Shown here: piece by piece, positions 1 through 11,633 of the stretch
Position numbering within the stretch: position 1 is the stretch's first letter
Layout of the letters: each line of letters starts with the position of its first letter
DNA from: Raja brachyura
Lineage: Eukaryota
Assembly (NCBI GenBank): GCA_963514005.1
Contig: OY740805.1
Span: forward strand, 36,146,001-36,210,000
DNA: 64,000 bases
Reading direction: 5' to 3'
Notes under the pieces: model-generated
Database searches by the model: none
Told to the model about the DNA's origin: nothing
The model's input: only the letters and a program-made list of their open reading frames with translations
Position numbers and translations under genes: made by a program

Positions 1-317
1 CTGAGTCTGCGCCGACCCGCGATCAGCCCGTACACTAGTTCGATCCTACACACTAGGGATAATTTACAGAAGCAGATTAACCAGCGCGTCTTTGAAGTGT
101 GGGAGGAAACCGGAGCACCTGGAGGAAACCCACGCAGTCACGGAGAGAACGTGCACGCTCGCACACGCAGACGCACGCACACTCAGACGCGCACACACAC
201 TCGGGATCGAGTTCAATCCTGACTGCCGGTGCTGACCGTCTGGAGTTTGCACGTTCTACTTGTGACTTGTGACCGCGTGGGTTTCCTCTGGGCGCTCTGG
301 TTTCTGCCCACATTCAG

Positions 318-611
318 TCACGGTGGCGCAGCGGTAGTGTTGTTTCCTCACAGCGCCGGAGACCCAGGTTCGATTCCGACTATGGGTGCTGTCTGTGCAG
401 AGTTTGCACGTTCTCCCCGTGACCTGCATGGGGTTTTCTCCGAGATCTTCGGTTTCCTCCCACACTCCAGAGATGTACAGGTCTGCAGGTTAATTGGCTT
501 GGTGTAAATGTAAAAATTGTCCCTAGTGGGTGTAGGATAGTGTTAGTGTGCGGGGATCGCTGGTCGGCGCGGACCCGGTGGGCCGAAGGGCCTGTTTCCG
601 CGCTGTATCTC
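318..611 (+). mobile_element. tRNA-derived V-SINE (HE1-like)
   Basis: ggtggcgcagcggtag (A box) ... ggttcgattcc (B box), central ctgt..ggagtttgcacgttctccccgtg domain, and CR1-like 3' end gggccgaagggcctgtttcc. Confidence 0.85.
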
Positions 612-1140
612 AAAAATTGTGGATGATCACAGTGAATGGTGGTGCTGGCTCGAAGGGCCGAAAGGCCTACTCTTGCAACTATTGTCTATTGTATATAATG
701 GATACTCGAGCGTGCGTTACAGACTGGGATCTTCCCGAGGGTGTTGTGTAAAGAATGAGATTCCCTGGTACCGGATGGGAGGGCAGGGAGATTCCAGAGT
801 TGCTGAGTCATGAGGCTTAGTCATGGTCGGGTGAGCGGTGTTGAGACTATAGGTGCAGGAGTAGGCCATTCGGACATTGCAGCCAGCACCGCCATTCAAT
901 GTGATCATGGCTGATCATCCCCAATCAGTAACCCATTCCTGCCTTCTCCCCATATCCCCTGACTCCGCTATCTTTAAGAGTCCTATCTAGCTCTTTCTTG
1001 AAAGCATCCAGAGAACCGGCCTCCACCGCCCTCTGAGGCAGAGAATTCCACAGACTCACAACTCTCTGTGTGAAAAAGTGTTTCCTCGTCTCTGTTCTAA
1101 ATGGGTTACATCTTATTCTTTTGGGGTTGGAGTCTGAAGT

Positions 1141-1381
1141 GTTCTCCAGAGATGCTGCCTGACCCGCTGAGTTACTCCAGCACTCTGTGAAACGTCACCA
1201 TTCCATGTTCTCCAAAGATGCTGCCTGACCCGCTGAGTTACTCCAGCACTCTGTGAAACGTCACCAATCCATGTTCTCCACAGATGCTGCCTGACCCGCT
1301 GAGTTACTCCAGCACTCTGTGAAACGTCACCAATCCATGTTCTCCACAGATGCTGCCCGACCCGCTGAGTTACTCCAGCAC
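1141..1381 (+). repeat. 66-bp tandem repeat (~3.6 copies) of Penelope terminal sequence
   Basis: Unit gttctcca.agatgctgcctgacccgctgagttactccagcactctgtgaaacgtcacca.tccat starts at 1141, 1207, 1273 and 1339. Confidence 0.9.
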
Positions 1382-1740
1382 CGTCACTGTGTGTCGTGTT
1401 GTCACTTGCGGGCGGAGCACCAAGGCAAATTCCTTGTATGTGAATACTTGGCCAATAAACTTATTCATCAACTTCAGTAAACCACCTCGACCCCTTAAAA
1501 ATTTCCCAAAACACCTTGGAAATTTTCAGCTCTTCCTTGAAAGTCACCTAGCTGATTCTGTTCGAGTTCCCAGCCGAGAAGAGAGAGGGGAAACTCCACT
1601 GATCACCACGGGCCACTTTAACTTCCCCTGACATGAGATCAGCTTTGCTCATTCTTGAGGCCCTGCTCCTCTGCCCTCCCCAGCCTGGCTCCCAGTCTGC
1701 AAGCACCTATCGAACCAGACTGCACACCCCAGGGAGTGCA

Positions 1741-2300
1741 GCTGGAGTATTGTGTGCAGTTCTGGTCCCCTAATTTGTGGAAGGACATTCTTGCTATTGA
1801 GGGAGTGCAGCGTAGGTTTACAAGGTTAATTCCCGAGATGGCGGGACTGTCATATGCTGGGAGAATGGGGCGGCTGGGCTTGTATACTCTGGAGTTTAGA
1901 AGGATGAGAGGGGATCTTATTGAAACATACAAGATTGTTAAGGGTTTGGACATACTAGAGGCAGGAAACATGTTCCCGATGTTGGGGGAGACCAGAACCA
2001 GGGGCCACACAGTTTAAGAATAAGGGGTAAGCCATTTGGAACAGAGACAAGGAAACACTTTTTCTCACAGAGAGTGGTGAGTCTGTGGAATTCTCTGCCT
2101 CAAAGGCCGGGGGAGGCCGGTTCTCTGGATGTTTTCAAGAGAGCTAGATAGGGCTCTTAAAAATGATGGAGTCGGGGGATATGGGGAGAAGGCAGGAACG
2201 GGGGGGTACTGATTGCGGATGATCAGCCATGATTACATTGATTGGCGATGCTGGCTCGATGGGCTGAATGGCCTACTCCTGTACCTATTGTCTATTGTCA
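1741..2300 (+). mobile_element. CR1 LINE 3' fragment
   Basis: [42 protein letters not shown], followed by the 3' tail ending (ctattgt)n. Confidence 0.85.
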
Positions 2301-2660
2301 ATGTTCATACCACTGGGGTCCAAACTATCCAAGCGTAATATGAGGTGCTGCTCCTCCAATTTGCGGTGGGACTCACTCTGACCATGGAGGAGGCCCAGGA
2401 CAGAAAGGTCGGATTGGGAATGGGAGGGGAGGTTGAAGTGCGGAGCCACCGGGCGATCAGGTTGGTTATTGCGAACCGAGCGGAGGTGTTGGGCAAAGTG
2501 ATCGCCGAGCCTGCGCTTGGTCTCACCGATGTAGAGCAGCTGACACCTAGAACAGTGAACGCAACAGATGAGGTTGGAGGAGGTGCAGGTGAACCTCTGC
2601 CGCACCTGGAAAGACTGCTTGGGTCCTTGGATGGAGTCGAGGGGGGAGGTAAAGCGACGA
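2300..2660 (-). mobile_element. Penelope-like element GIY-YIG endonuclease fragment
   Basis: RFTCTSSNLICCVHCSRCQLLYIGETKRRLGDHFAQHLRSV...LEEQHLI..L....PSGMN. Confidence 0.85.
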
Positions 2661-2696
2661 GTGTTGCCTGACCTTGAGATTCGTATTCTATCGCAG

Positions 2697-2801
2697 GTTT
2701 ACCTGGACAGGGCTGCGGAAAATGACGCCCACGCCACCAAGATTCGCTGCACGGCTCACCTGGAGGGCTGTGACTGGGTCGGATCCCTGCGGAACTTCCT
2801 G
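2697..2801 (+). CDS. TRAF-like exon (RING-ZF1 linker and start of ZF1): [35 protein letters not shown]
   Basis: tcgcag acceptor at 2691-2696, gtgagt donor at 2802. 105 bp, resembling the TRAF3 VFKDNCCKREILALQIYC.. and TRAF2 FPDNAARREVESLPAVC..GCTWKG segments. Confidence 0.85.
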
Positions 2802-5800
2802 GTGAGTGATCGGGAAACGGGACGGGGGGGGGGGGGGGGGTGGTGGTTAGAGTTCCCCTTACTTTGTGATACATTGTGTGTGTCTCTCCACACTCGTATT
2901 TATATAGCTTGTGTAGACGCACAGTGTCTCTTGCCCAGAGTAGGGGAATCGAGGACCAGAGGACATAGGTTCAGGGTGAAGGGGAAAAGAATCCGAGGGA
3001 TGACTTTTTCCACACAGAGGGTGGTGGGTGTAGAGAAAAAGCTGCCAGAAGAGGTAGTTGAGGCTGGGACTGTCCCATAGTTCAAGAAAAGTTGGACAGG
3101 TACATGGATAGGACAGGTTTGGAAGGTATGGACCAAACGCAGGCAAGAGGGACTAGCGTAGCGGGGACATTGTTGGCCGGTCTGGGCAAGTTGGGCCGAA
3201 GGGCCTGGTTCCATGTCATTTCCGGTCACGGTGGCGCAGCGGTAGAGTTGCTGCCTTGCAGTGAACGCAGCACCAGAGACCAGGGTTCGATCCCGACTAC
3301 GGGTGCTGTCTGTACGGAGTTTGCACGTTCTCCCCGTGACCTGCGTGGGTTTTCTTCGGTTTCCTTCCACACTCCAAAGACGTACAGGTTTTGTAGGTTA
3401 ATTGGCTTCGGTAAATGTAAAAATTGTCCCTAGTGTGTGTAGGATAGTGTTAATGTGCGAGGATTGCTGGTCGGCACGGACCCGGAGGGCCGAAGGGCCT
3501 GTTTCCATGCTGTATCTCTAAACTAAACTAAATCTGGTGTGTTTGGATAGCTTAATTTGTTTGTCTGGAGGTACAGCATGGAAACAGGCCCTTCGGCCCA
3601 CCCAGCCATCCCCTTACACTAGCACTATCCTACACGCACTAGGCACAATTTACAATTTTACCAAAGACATAGAAAATAGGTGCAGGTGTAGGCCATTCGG
3701 CCCTTCGAGCCAGCACCGCCATTCAATATGATCATGGCTGATCATCCAACTCGGTATCCCTTACCTGCCTTCTCTCCATACCCCCTGATCCCTTTAGCCA
3801 CAAGGGCCACATCTAACTCCCTCTTAAATATAGCCAATGAACTGGCCTCAACTACCCTCTGTGGTCTTCTGAGCAAGGCCACCCACCATCAACCTGCAAA
3901 CCTATCTTTGGGAGGAAATCCATGCTGGTCACAGGAAGAATGTGCAGACAGCACCTAATTTGAGGAAGGACATTCTTGCTATTGAGGGACTGCAGCGTAG
4001 GTTGACGAGGTTAATTCCCGGGATGGCTGGACTGTCATATGCTGAGAGAATGGAGCAGCTGGGCTTGTATACTCTGGAGTTCAGAAGGATGAGAGGGGAT
4101 CTCATTGAAACATATAAGGTTGTTACGGTTTTGGACATGCTAGAGGCAGGAAACATGTTCCCGATGTCGGGGGAGTCCAGAACCAGGGGCCACACGGTTT
4201 TAAGAATAAGGAGTAAGCCATTTAGAACGGAGACGAGGAAACACTTTTTCCTCACAGAGTTGTGAGTGTGGAATTCTCTGCCTCGGAGGGCGGTGGAAGC
4301 CGGTTCTCTGGATAATTTCAAGAGAGAGTTAGATAGGGCTCTTAAAGATAGTGGAGTCAGGGGATAGGAGGAGAAGGCGGGAACGGGGTACTAATTGTGG
4401 ATGATCAGCCATGATCACATTGAATGGCGGTGCTGGCTCGAAGGGCCGAATGGCCTACTCCTGCACCTATTGTCTATTGTCATCTGTAGTCAGGATGGAA
4501 CTCGGGCCCCTGCGCTGTGAGGCAGCAACTCTACTGCTGTGGCGTTGGACTTTTATATTATAGCAGCTCATATTTAGGTGAACTAAACTATTCTCGGCAG
4601 GCCAGATGACCCAGTTTTGGGTCAGGACCCTTTTTCCGACTGCTTTGTGATGTGGGAAGAGAATACCTCCAGAGGTCCAACAGTTGGAGGTCACGTTGCA
4701 GTTGTCTAAGACGTTGGTGAGACCGCATTTAGAATATTGTGTTCAGTTCTGGGCACCTTGTTGGAGGAAAGATATTGTCAAACTTGATGGGGTTCGGTAA
4801 AGATTTACGAGGATCTACTGGCGCTGTGAGCCGCTGCAAGGCAGCAACGTTAAGAGGGAGTTAGATGTGTAAGACAGCAATATTTAAGAGGGAGTTAGAT
4901 GTGGTTAAATGGATCAGGGGGGTATGGAGAGAATGCAGGTACAGGATACTGAGTTGGATGATCAGCCATGATCATATTGAATACTCCTGCTCCTATTTTC
5001 GATGTTACTAATTCTACCGCTGCGCCACCGGGTCCTGTGGCGGGCGGAGCAAAGCTTTTCGCTGTACCTCAAGTGCCTGTGACAGTGTTGAACTAAGTTC
5101 TCGATTCGTCCCACAGCGCACGCACCGCGCCAAGTGCGATTTCCACGTGGTCCCGTGCGCCAATGTGGCCTTTGGCTGCCAGGTCTTCGGCCCCAGGAGG
5201 GAGATGGAGCTTCACGAGAGCCGCGAGTGTAGATGGCGGATGGAACGCTGCCCCCATTGCGAGACCTTCTGCGCCCACAACCTGCTGGAGGTGAGTGTAC
5301 GGCTCAGCCAACTCTGGCCCGTAACGTCATGTTGGGTTGCCAACCTTCTCACTCCCAGATAAGGGATAAACATGGCCAAATAATGGACACAAGATGGCCA
5401 ACTAAGGGACACAAGTGTGTCATCCTGTCCCGTCGCGCGCACGCTCTGTCTGCCGCCACTGATGCGCCGGTGTTTGTGTCTTGCAGGACCACGTGGCGAC
5501 CTGTGGGAAACAGGAGAGCTGCCCTCACTGTGGACAGTCCGACTTAACAAAGACAGAGGTGAGAGCCCTGGACACAGAGAGAGAGATCACTCTGCAATTT
5601 TGCATGTTCCACGTGACCACAGAATTCCTTCAGGATGCTCCGATTTCCACTCGCGTCCCAAAGAGGCACCGGTTACTGGGTTAATTGGCTTCCATAGTGA
5701 GTGAGAGAGTGAGAGAGTGAGAGAGTGAGAGAGTGAGAGAGTGAGAGAGTGAGAGAGTGAGAGAGTGAGAGAGTGAGAGAGTGAGAGAGTGAGAGAGTGA

Positions 5801-6197
5801 GAGAGTGAGAGAGTGAGAGAGTGAGAGAGTGAGAGAGTGAGAGAGTGAGAGAGTGAGAGAGTGAGAGAGTGAGAGTGTGTGTGTGAGAGTGAGTGAGTGT
5901 GTGTGTGAGAGTGAGTGAGTGTGTGTGTGAGAGTGCGTGAGTGAGTGAGAGTGCGTGAGTGAGTGAGAGTGCGTGAGTGAGTGAGAGTGCGTGCGCGAGA
6001 CTGTGTGAATGTGAGACTATGAATGAGCGTGCGTGAGAGTGTGCGTATCAAGGGCAGCACAATGGCGCAGCAGTAGAGTTGCCGCCTCACAGTTCCACAG
6101 ACTCGGGTTCGAACCCGACTCCGGGTGCTGTCTGCACGTAGAATGCACGTTCTCCCCGTGACCTGTGTGGGTTTTCTCCGGGATCTCCGGTTTCCTC

Positions 6198-6233
<36 letters not shown>

Positions 6234-9200
6234 ATACACCACTGTGGACACGGGGTCTGCGCTGACCAGCGATCACCCCGTACACTAGCACTATTCTACA
6301 CAACGAAGGACAATTTATAATTTTCCGAAGCCATTTAACTGACAAACCTGCACAACTTTGGGGTGTGGGAGGAAACCGAAGCACCAGGAGAAAACCCACG
6401 CGGGTCACGGGGAGAACATGCAAACTCCATGCAGACAGCACCCGTGGTCAGGATTGAACCCGGGTCTCCAGCGCTGTGAGGCAGTAACTCTACCGCTGCG
6501 ACAGTTGTTCACACCAGTTCTATGTCATCCCATTTCGTACAAATTCGGGATAATTTACAGGGGGCCAATTAAGCTACAATCCTGCACATCTTTGGGAAGT
6601 GGGATGACACACGCACACGCACACCCCCGAGTCGCTGTTGCAGTGTGCTCCACCACTGTGCCACCCACAGCGCGAGTCGATAACAAGCTCAGCAATTGAC
6701 CTCATGTTTTCCTCCTGCAGTTGGAACAACATTGTGACCCTGTCCTTGGCGTCTGTCCCAAGTTGAAGGTGGCCTGTCCCTTTAAGGAGGTCGGCTGTTC
6801 AGTCCAGGTTAGTACCCTCGCACCTACTCAAACTAGTGAGCTCTCCCAGCTCCGTGTTGAAGCCACGTATGATTGTGCAGGACTTCGGTTGTTCTGCATT
6901 CGGAGTACGGTCATAGTGATACAGCGTGGAAACAGGCCCTTCGGCCCGACTTCGGTTGCCTGCACCGGCCAACACGTCCCAGCTACACAAGTCCCACCCA
7001 CCTGCCTTTGGCCCATATCCCTCTAAACCCTCTATCACAGTCATGAGTGATACAGTGTGAAAACAGGCCCTTCGGCCCAACTTGCCCACACTGGCCAACA
7101 TGTCCCAGCTACACAAGTCCAACCCACCTGCATTTGGCCCATATCCCTTCTGGATAACTAAACTGCAGTAGTTGAGGTACAGTGAAAATATTTTGTTGCG
7201 TGCTATCCAGTCAGCGGAAAGATTATAAATGATTGCCATCAAGCCACCCACACTGTACAGATGCAGGATATAAGGGAATAACGTTTAGTGCAAGACAAAG
7301 TCCGATTAAAGATGGTCTGAGGGTCTCCAATGAGGTAGATGGGAGGTCAGGACTGCTCTGTAGTTGGTGAGAGGATGGTTCTGTCGGGCCATTATGGACT
7401 ACACTCTTCCTGAGACCATCTCCTGACGGCTCTGTTTTGATATAGACTTCCCTATCGTTCATTTTCACAAGTGATGGGAGTAGATTCGGTCATTCGGCCC
7501 ATCAAGTCTACTCCACCATTCAATGGTGGATGATCTATTTTTCCCCTCCTAACCCCATTCTCCGGCCTGGGATGCTGCCTGACCCGCTGAGTTTCTCCAG
7601 CACTCTGTGCCTGCTGCAGAGGTATTCGGAAATAACATGGCTGGTAATGTGACAGAGGGAGACGCGATTCCCGGGATGGTGGGACTGTCATATGCTGCGG
7701 GAATGGAGTGGCTGGGCTTGTACACTCTGGAATTTAGAACGGATGAAAGGGAATCTCATTGAAACATAAAAGATTATTAAGGGATTGGACACGCAAGAGG
7801 CAGGAAACATGTTCCTGATGTAGGGGGCGTGCAGAACCAGGGGCCACACAGTTTAAGAATAAGGGGTAAGCCATTTAGAACGGAGGCGAGGAAACACTTT
7901 TTCTCACACAGAGTGGTGAATCTGTGGAATTCTCTGCCTCAGAGGGCGGTGGAGGCCGGTTCTCTGGATACTTTCAAGAGAGCTAGATAGTGGATAGTGG
8001 AGTCGGGGGGATATGGGGAGAAGGCAGGAACTGGGTACTGATTGGGGATGATCAGCCATGATCACATTGAATGGTGGTGCTGGCTGGAAGGGCCGAATGG
8101 CCTACTCCTGCACCTGTTGTCTATTGGAGTCGGAGTGCAGATGTGACTCGCTTGAGACTTGGGGGAACCAACCTATTTTTAACATGTTTCCTGCCAATAG
8201 CATGTCCAATCAATAATATTTTATTATTAATGTTTAATGTTTTATGTGTCATTCCTAACTGCCACTGTGTGCCGTGTTGTTACTTGCGGGTGGAGCACCA
8301 AGGCAAATTCCTTGTATGTGAATACTTGGCCAATAAACTTCATTCATTCGTCGGATGTCCAACACTTTTCCTCTCTGATCCGCAGCTCCCACAACATGAA
8401 ATGTCCGCCCATCTCCGATCATCCCAGGAGAGTCACCTCCTGCTCCTCCTCTCCCTGGCCACCAGTCTCCGCCCCACATCACCAGGTGAGGGAGGATCGA
8501 CGCCTCAGGATTCCGCCCGGACACCGGCCGGAGAACGTCCGAGGAGCCCGGAGGGTGAGGCGGTGGCTGGAGCGGGGACCGGCCTGCAGTCGTTGGCCGG
8601 CCGGGCGGACAACCTGGAGCGGTGGGTGTGCGGGCTGAACAAGGACCTGGACCGCTACGCCCAGGTGATCGAGGTCCTCCAGCAGAAGTGCCTCCAATAC
8701 GAGCAGGTCATCCAGGGCCTGCAGACGGCGGGCGGGCGCGCCGAGGGTCTGGGGGGCCCGGGGCCCGTCAGCACCGATGGGGTCCTGGTGTGGAAGATCA
8801 AGAACTTCTCTGCCCACCTCTCGGCGGCCAAGGCCGGCCAGCGGCCGTCGTTCTACTCGCCGCACTTCGCCACCCACCCGTTCGGCTACCGGATGTGCTG
8901 CCGGATCTATCCCAATGGCGACGGGGCGGGCAAGGGGAGCCACGTCTCGCTCTTCCTGGCGCTGGTGAGGGGGGAATACGACGAGGTTCTCCCCTGGCCC
9001 TTCAGGCAGAAGGTGACCTTCATGCTCCTGGACCAGGCCGGGCAGAAGCACCTGAAGGAGTCCTTCTCCCCCGACTCCCTGAGCGGCTCCTTCCAGAAGC
9101 CCCGCAGCCACATGAACGTGGCCAGCGGTTGCCCAACCTTTGCCCAACATGCCCTGCTGCACAAGGGACCTGGCCAGTATCTCCGGAACGACACCATCTT

Positions 9201-9240
9201 CATCAAGGTGCTGGTGGACCCCATCGCAGTGCAGATGTGA
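2697..9240 (+). CDS. TNF receptor-associated factor (TRAF2/3/5-like), 3' part: join(2697..2801,5117..5290,5487..5558,6721..6807,8386..9240); 5 TRAF zinc fingers + coiled coil + MATH/TRAF-C domain; RING exon(s) probably upstream of window
   Basis: Five exons each flanked by (Y)nCAG and GT, all phase 0, spliced into an open 430-aa frame ending in TGA at 9238-9240. C-x2-6-C...H-x3-7-C/H zinc fingers, and MATH signature motifs [56 protein letters not shown]. Confidence 0.93.
3226..3530 (+). mobile_element. tRNA-derived V-SINE (HE1-like)
   Basis: Same structure, with a (taaac)n tail. Confidence 0.85.
5117..5290 (+). CDS. TRAF-like zinc-finger exon: [21 protein letters not shown]...[14 protein letters not shown]
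   Basis: ccacag acceptor, gtgagt donor at 5291, 174 bp phase 0-0, Cys/His spacing of TRAF zinc fingers. Confidence 0.9.
5487..5558 (+). CDS. TRAF-like zinc-finger exon: [24 protein letters not shown]
   Basis: ttgcag acceptor, gtgaga donor at 5559, 72 bp phase 0-0. Confidence 0.88.
5697..6000. repeat. (GAGAGAGT)n microsatellite grading into GT/GA repeats
   Basis: Direct inspection. Confidence 0.95.
6721..6807 (+). CDS. TRAF-like zinc-finger exon: [29 protein letters not shown]
   Basis: cctcctgcag acceptor, gttagt donor at 6808, 87 bp. CPFKEVGC matches the last TRAF zinc finger (C-x-F-x-x-x-G-C). Confidence 0.9.
7665..8125 (+). mobile_element. CR1 LINE 3' fragment in TRAF intron
   Basis: Same CR1 3' end as the other copies, ending gcacctgttgtctatt. 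Confidence 0.8.
8386..9240 (+). CDS. TRAF-like terminal coding exon: end of ZF5, linker, coiled coil and complete MATH domain
   Basis: Acceptor ttttcctctctgatccgcag ending 8385. In frame with ORF 8071..9240, whose first ~105 codons are intronic repeat sequence. GC-rich codon usage. Confidence 0.95.
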   Translation, partial: LPQHEMSAHLRSSQESHLLLLLSLATSLRPTSPGEGGSTPQDSARTPAGERPRSPEGEAVAGAGTGLQSLAGRADNLERWVCGLNKDLDRYAQVIEVLQQKCLQYEQVIQGLQTAGGRAEGLGGPGPVSTDGVLVWKIKNFSAHLSAAKAGQRPSFYSPHFATHPFGYRMCCRIYPNGDGAGKGSHVSLFLALVRGEYDEVLPWPFRQKVTFMLLDQAGQKHLKESFSPDSLSGSFQKPRSHMNVASGCPTFAQHALLHKGPGQYLRNDTIFIKVLVDPIAVQM

Positions 9241-9457
9241 CTCGCTCGAGACTTGGGGGGAACCAACCCCCGCCGTCACTTCCGGAGGGCGTTTGGTGGG
9301 TCGGTGTGGGGGGCACCTCGAACTGGACCTTCCGCCACTTCTCCAGACTGGAGTCGACTAGATGGCATTCCGTGCCATCCCTGCTCTAGAGAATTGTAAT
9401 GAGGCAGTGGCTATGGGCCTTCTCTCTGAGTGTTTGTGTGTGTGTGTACAACAGATG

Positions 9458-9790
9458 ATAGGTGCGGGAGTAGGCCATTCGGCCCTTCCAGCCAGCACCA
9501 CCATTCAATGTGATCAATAGACAGTAGACAATAGGTGCAGGAGTAGGCCATTTGGCCCTTCCAGCCAGCACCACCACCATTCAATGTGATCAATAGACAG
9601 CAGGTGCAGGAGTTGGCCATTTGGCCCTTCCAGCCAGCACCGCCATTCAATGTGGACAATAGGTGCAGGAGTAGGCCATTTGGCCCTTCGAGCCAGCACC
9701 GCTATTCAATGTGATCAATAGACAGCAGGTGCAGGAGTAGGCCATTCGGCCCTTTGAGCCAGCACCGCCATTCAATGTGATCATGGCTGA
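9458..9790 (-). repeat. Tandem ~60-70-bp reiteration (5 copies) of the CR1 3'-terminal sequence in the TRAF 3' UTR
   Basis: aggtgc(a/g)ggagt(a/t)ggccatt.ggccctt..agccagcacc.ccattcaatgtg is repeated, continuing into a CR1 fragment to ~10090. Confidence 0.85.
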
Positions 9791-10998
9791 TCATCCCCAA
9801 TCAGTACCCCGTTCCTGCCATCTCCCCATATCGCCTGACTCCGCTATCTGTAAAAGCCCCATCTAGCTCTATTGAAAGCATCCAGAGAACCGGCCTCCAC
9901 CGCCCTCTGAGGCAGTGAATTCCACAGACTGACAACTCTCTGAGAGAAAATGTGTTTCCTCATCTCTGTTCTAAATGGCTCGCCCCTTATTCTTAAACTG
10001 TGGCCCCTGGTTCTGGACTCCCCCAAACATCGGGAACATGTTTCCTGCCTCTGGAGTGTCCAAACCCTTTATAATTTGATATGTTTCAATACGTGTGTGT
10101 ATATACAGTGTAGAAGAATGCTTAATTTGTATTTAACTTATTTTAACCTATCAAACTATTTTGTGTACAGTGGCGGTCGGAATATGTCTCTGCTGAAGTT
10201 TTTTAAAATAAGATTGGGAAAATATGAACATAGTTGTTTGCTACTCAATAGACAATAGCAATAGCTCATCATACACATATTTACAGAACTCTGTTAATAA
10301 GTGGCCTGGTGGCGCAGCGGTAGAGTTGCTGCCTCACAGCGCCAGAGCCCCGGGCTCGATCCTGACTACGGGTGCCGCCTGTACCGAGTTTGTGCCTCCT
10401 CCCTGTGACTGCGTGGGTTTTCTCCGGGTGCTCCGGTTTCAATAAGATTGCCCCCCCCGTTCTTCTAAACTCCAGCGAATACAAGCCTAGTCGTTTCAAT
10501 CTTTCCTCATATGACAGTCCCGCCATCCCAGGGGTCAATCTCGTGAATCTAGGCTGCACTGCCTCAACCACAAGAGCAAATAGTGTCTCAGAATCACAAA
10601 ATGAACATGCTTAACCCTCCAGGACAGCTCCCCCCCCCCCCCCCCCCCCCCCCCTCTCATTCCTGCTTCTCCCCTCTCCAGCTCGGCAAAGCCTGACAGC
10701 ACGTCGATAGATTCAGGAACAGATTCTTCCCCTCCTGTTGTGAGATTCTCAGGTGGCCATCTCAAACGCTTGGGACGAACTTCCCGATCTTCCAATCTAC
10801 CTCACATTGCCTGCGCACTTTAAAAAAAAAATATCTGCACTTTCTCAGCAGCCGTTGCACAACATTTGCACTCTACCACTGGTTCACTGCACTTTAATCC
10901 TTATTAAACCAGGTTCTATTTATTTATTTATTGATGTGACTAATTTATTGACTCTTAATATTTCGTTTTGTAATATTGCAACTGCCGTGCTAATTGTT

Positions 10999-11004
10999 AA
11001 TAAA
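10999..11004 (+). promoter_or_regulatory. Probable polyadenylation signal of the TRAF-like gene
   Basis: AATAAA after an AU-rich unique stretch (ATTTA motifs near 10920) and followed by a GT-rich tract. Implies a ~1.8-kb 3' UTR. Confidence 0.5.
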
Positions 11005-11633
11005 AGTTGATGAACGTTCTCAGCTGCTGTGGGTTTCTTCACACAAGTTTTTAAAAAAAACATTTAATTGCTTCTCGTGCAAGAGCATGAGGTGTGACCC
11101 AACCAAGGTGTAGAAAATCACGAGGGGTATAGATAGGGTGAATGCTCAGTCTATTTTCCAAGGGACAGCATCGTGGCGCAGCGGTAGAGTTGCTGCCTCA
11201 CAGCGCCAGAGACCCGGGTTCGTCCGGTCTGTATGGCGTTTGAACTGTACATTCTCCCTGTGACCATGTGGGTTTACTCCGGGTGCTCCGGTTTCCTCCC
11301 ACATCCCAAAGACGTGCAGATCTGTAGGTTAATTGGCTAGGGTGAGTTGTAAAATAGTCCCTCGTGTGTAGGTTAGTGCTAGTGTACGGTGTGATTGCTG
11401 GTTGGCACTGACCCAGTGGGCCAAAGGGCCCGTTTCCGTGCTGTATCTTAGTTTACAGATATAGCGTGGAAACAGGCCCCTTAGGCCCACCGGGTCTGCG
11501 CCGACCAGCGATCCCCGCACATTAACACTATCCTACACCCAACTAGGGATAATTTTTACATTTACACCAAGCGAATTAACCTACAAACCTGCACGTCTTT
11601 GGAGTGTGGGAGGAAACCGAAGAACCACACACA

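Noticed and set aside
318-390. tRNA-like sequences at SINE heads
   Set aside because: They continue into the V-SINE body and lack a complete cloverleaf, so they are not tRNA genes.
1470-1740. Unique sequence that might hold a TRAF RING exon
   Set aside because: I found no Cys/His RING pattern bounded by splice sites in any frame.
5587-6441. 284-aa His/Ser/Leu/Thr ORF
   Set aside because: Microsatellite plus SINE translation.
8071-8385. N-terminal 105 aa of the 389-aa ORF 8071..9240
   Set aside because: It translates CR1 tail and other repeat sequence. The real exon begins after the acceptor at 8385.
8479-9389. Long overlapping ORFs 8479..9279 (-) and 8622..9389 (+)
   Set aside because: Shadow frames of a GC-rich coding exon, with no recognisable domain.
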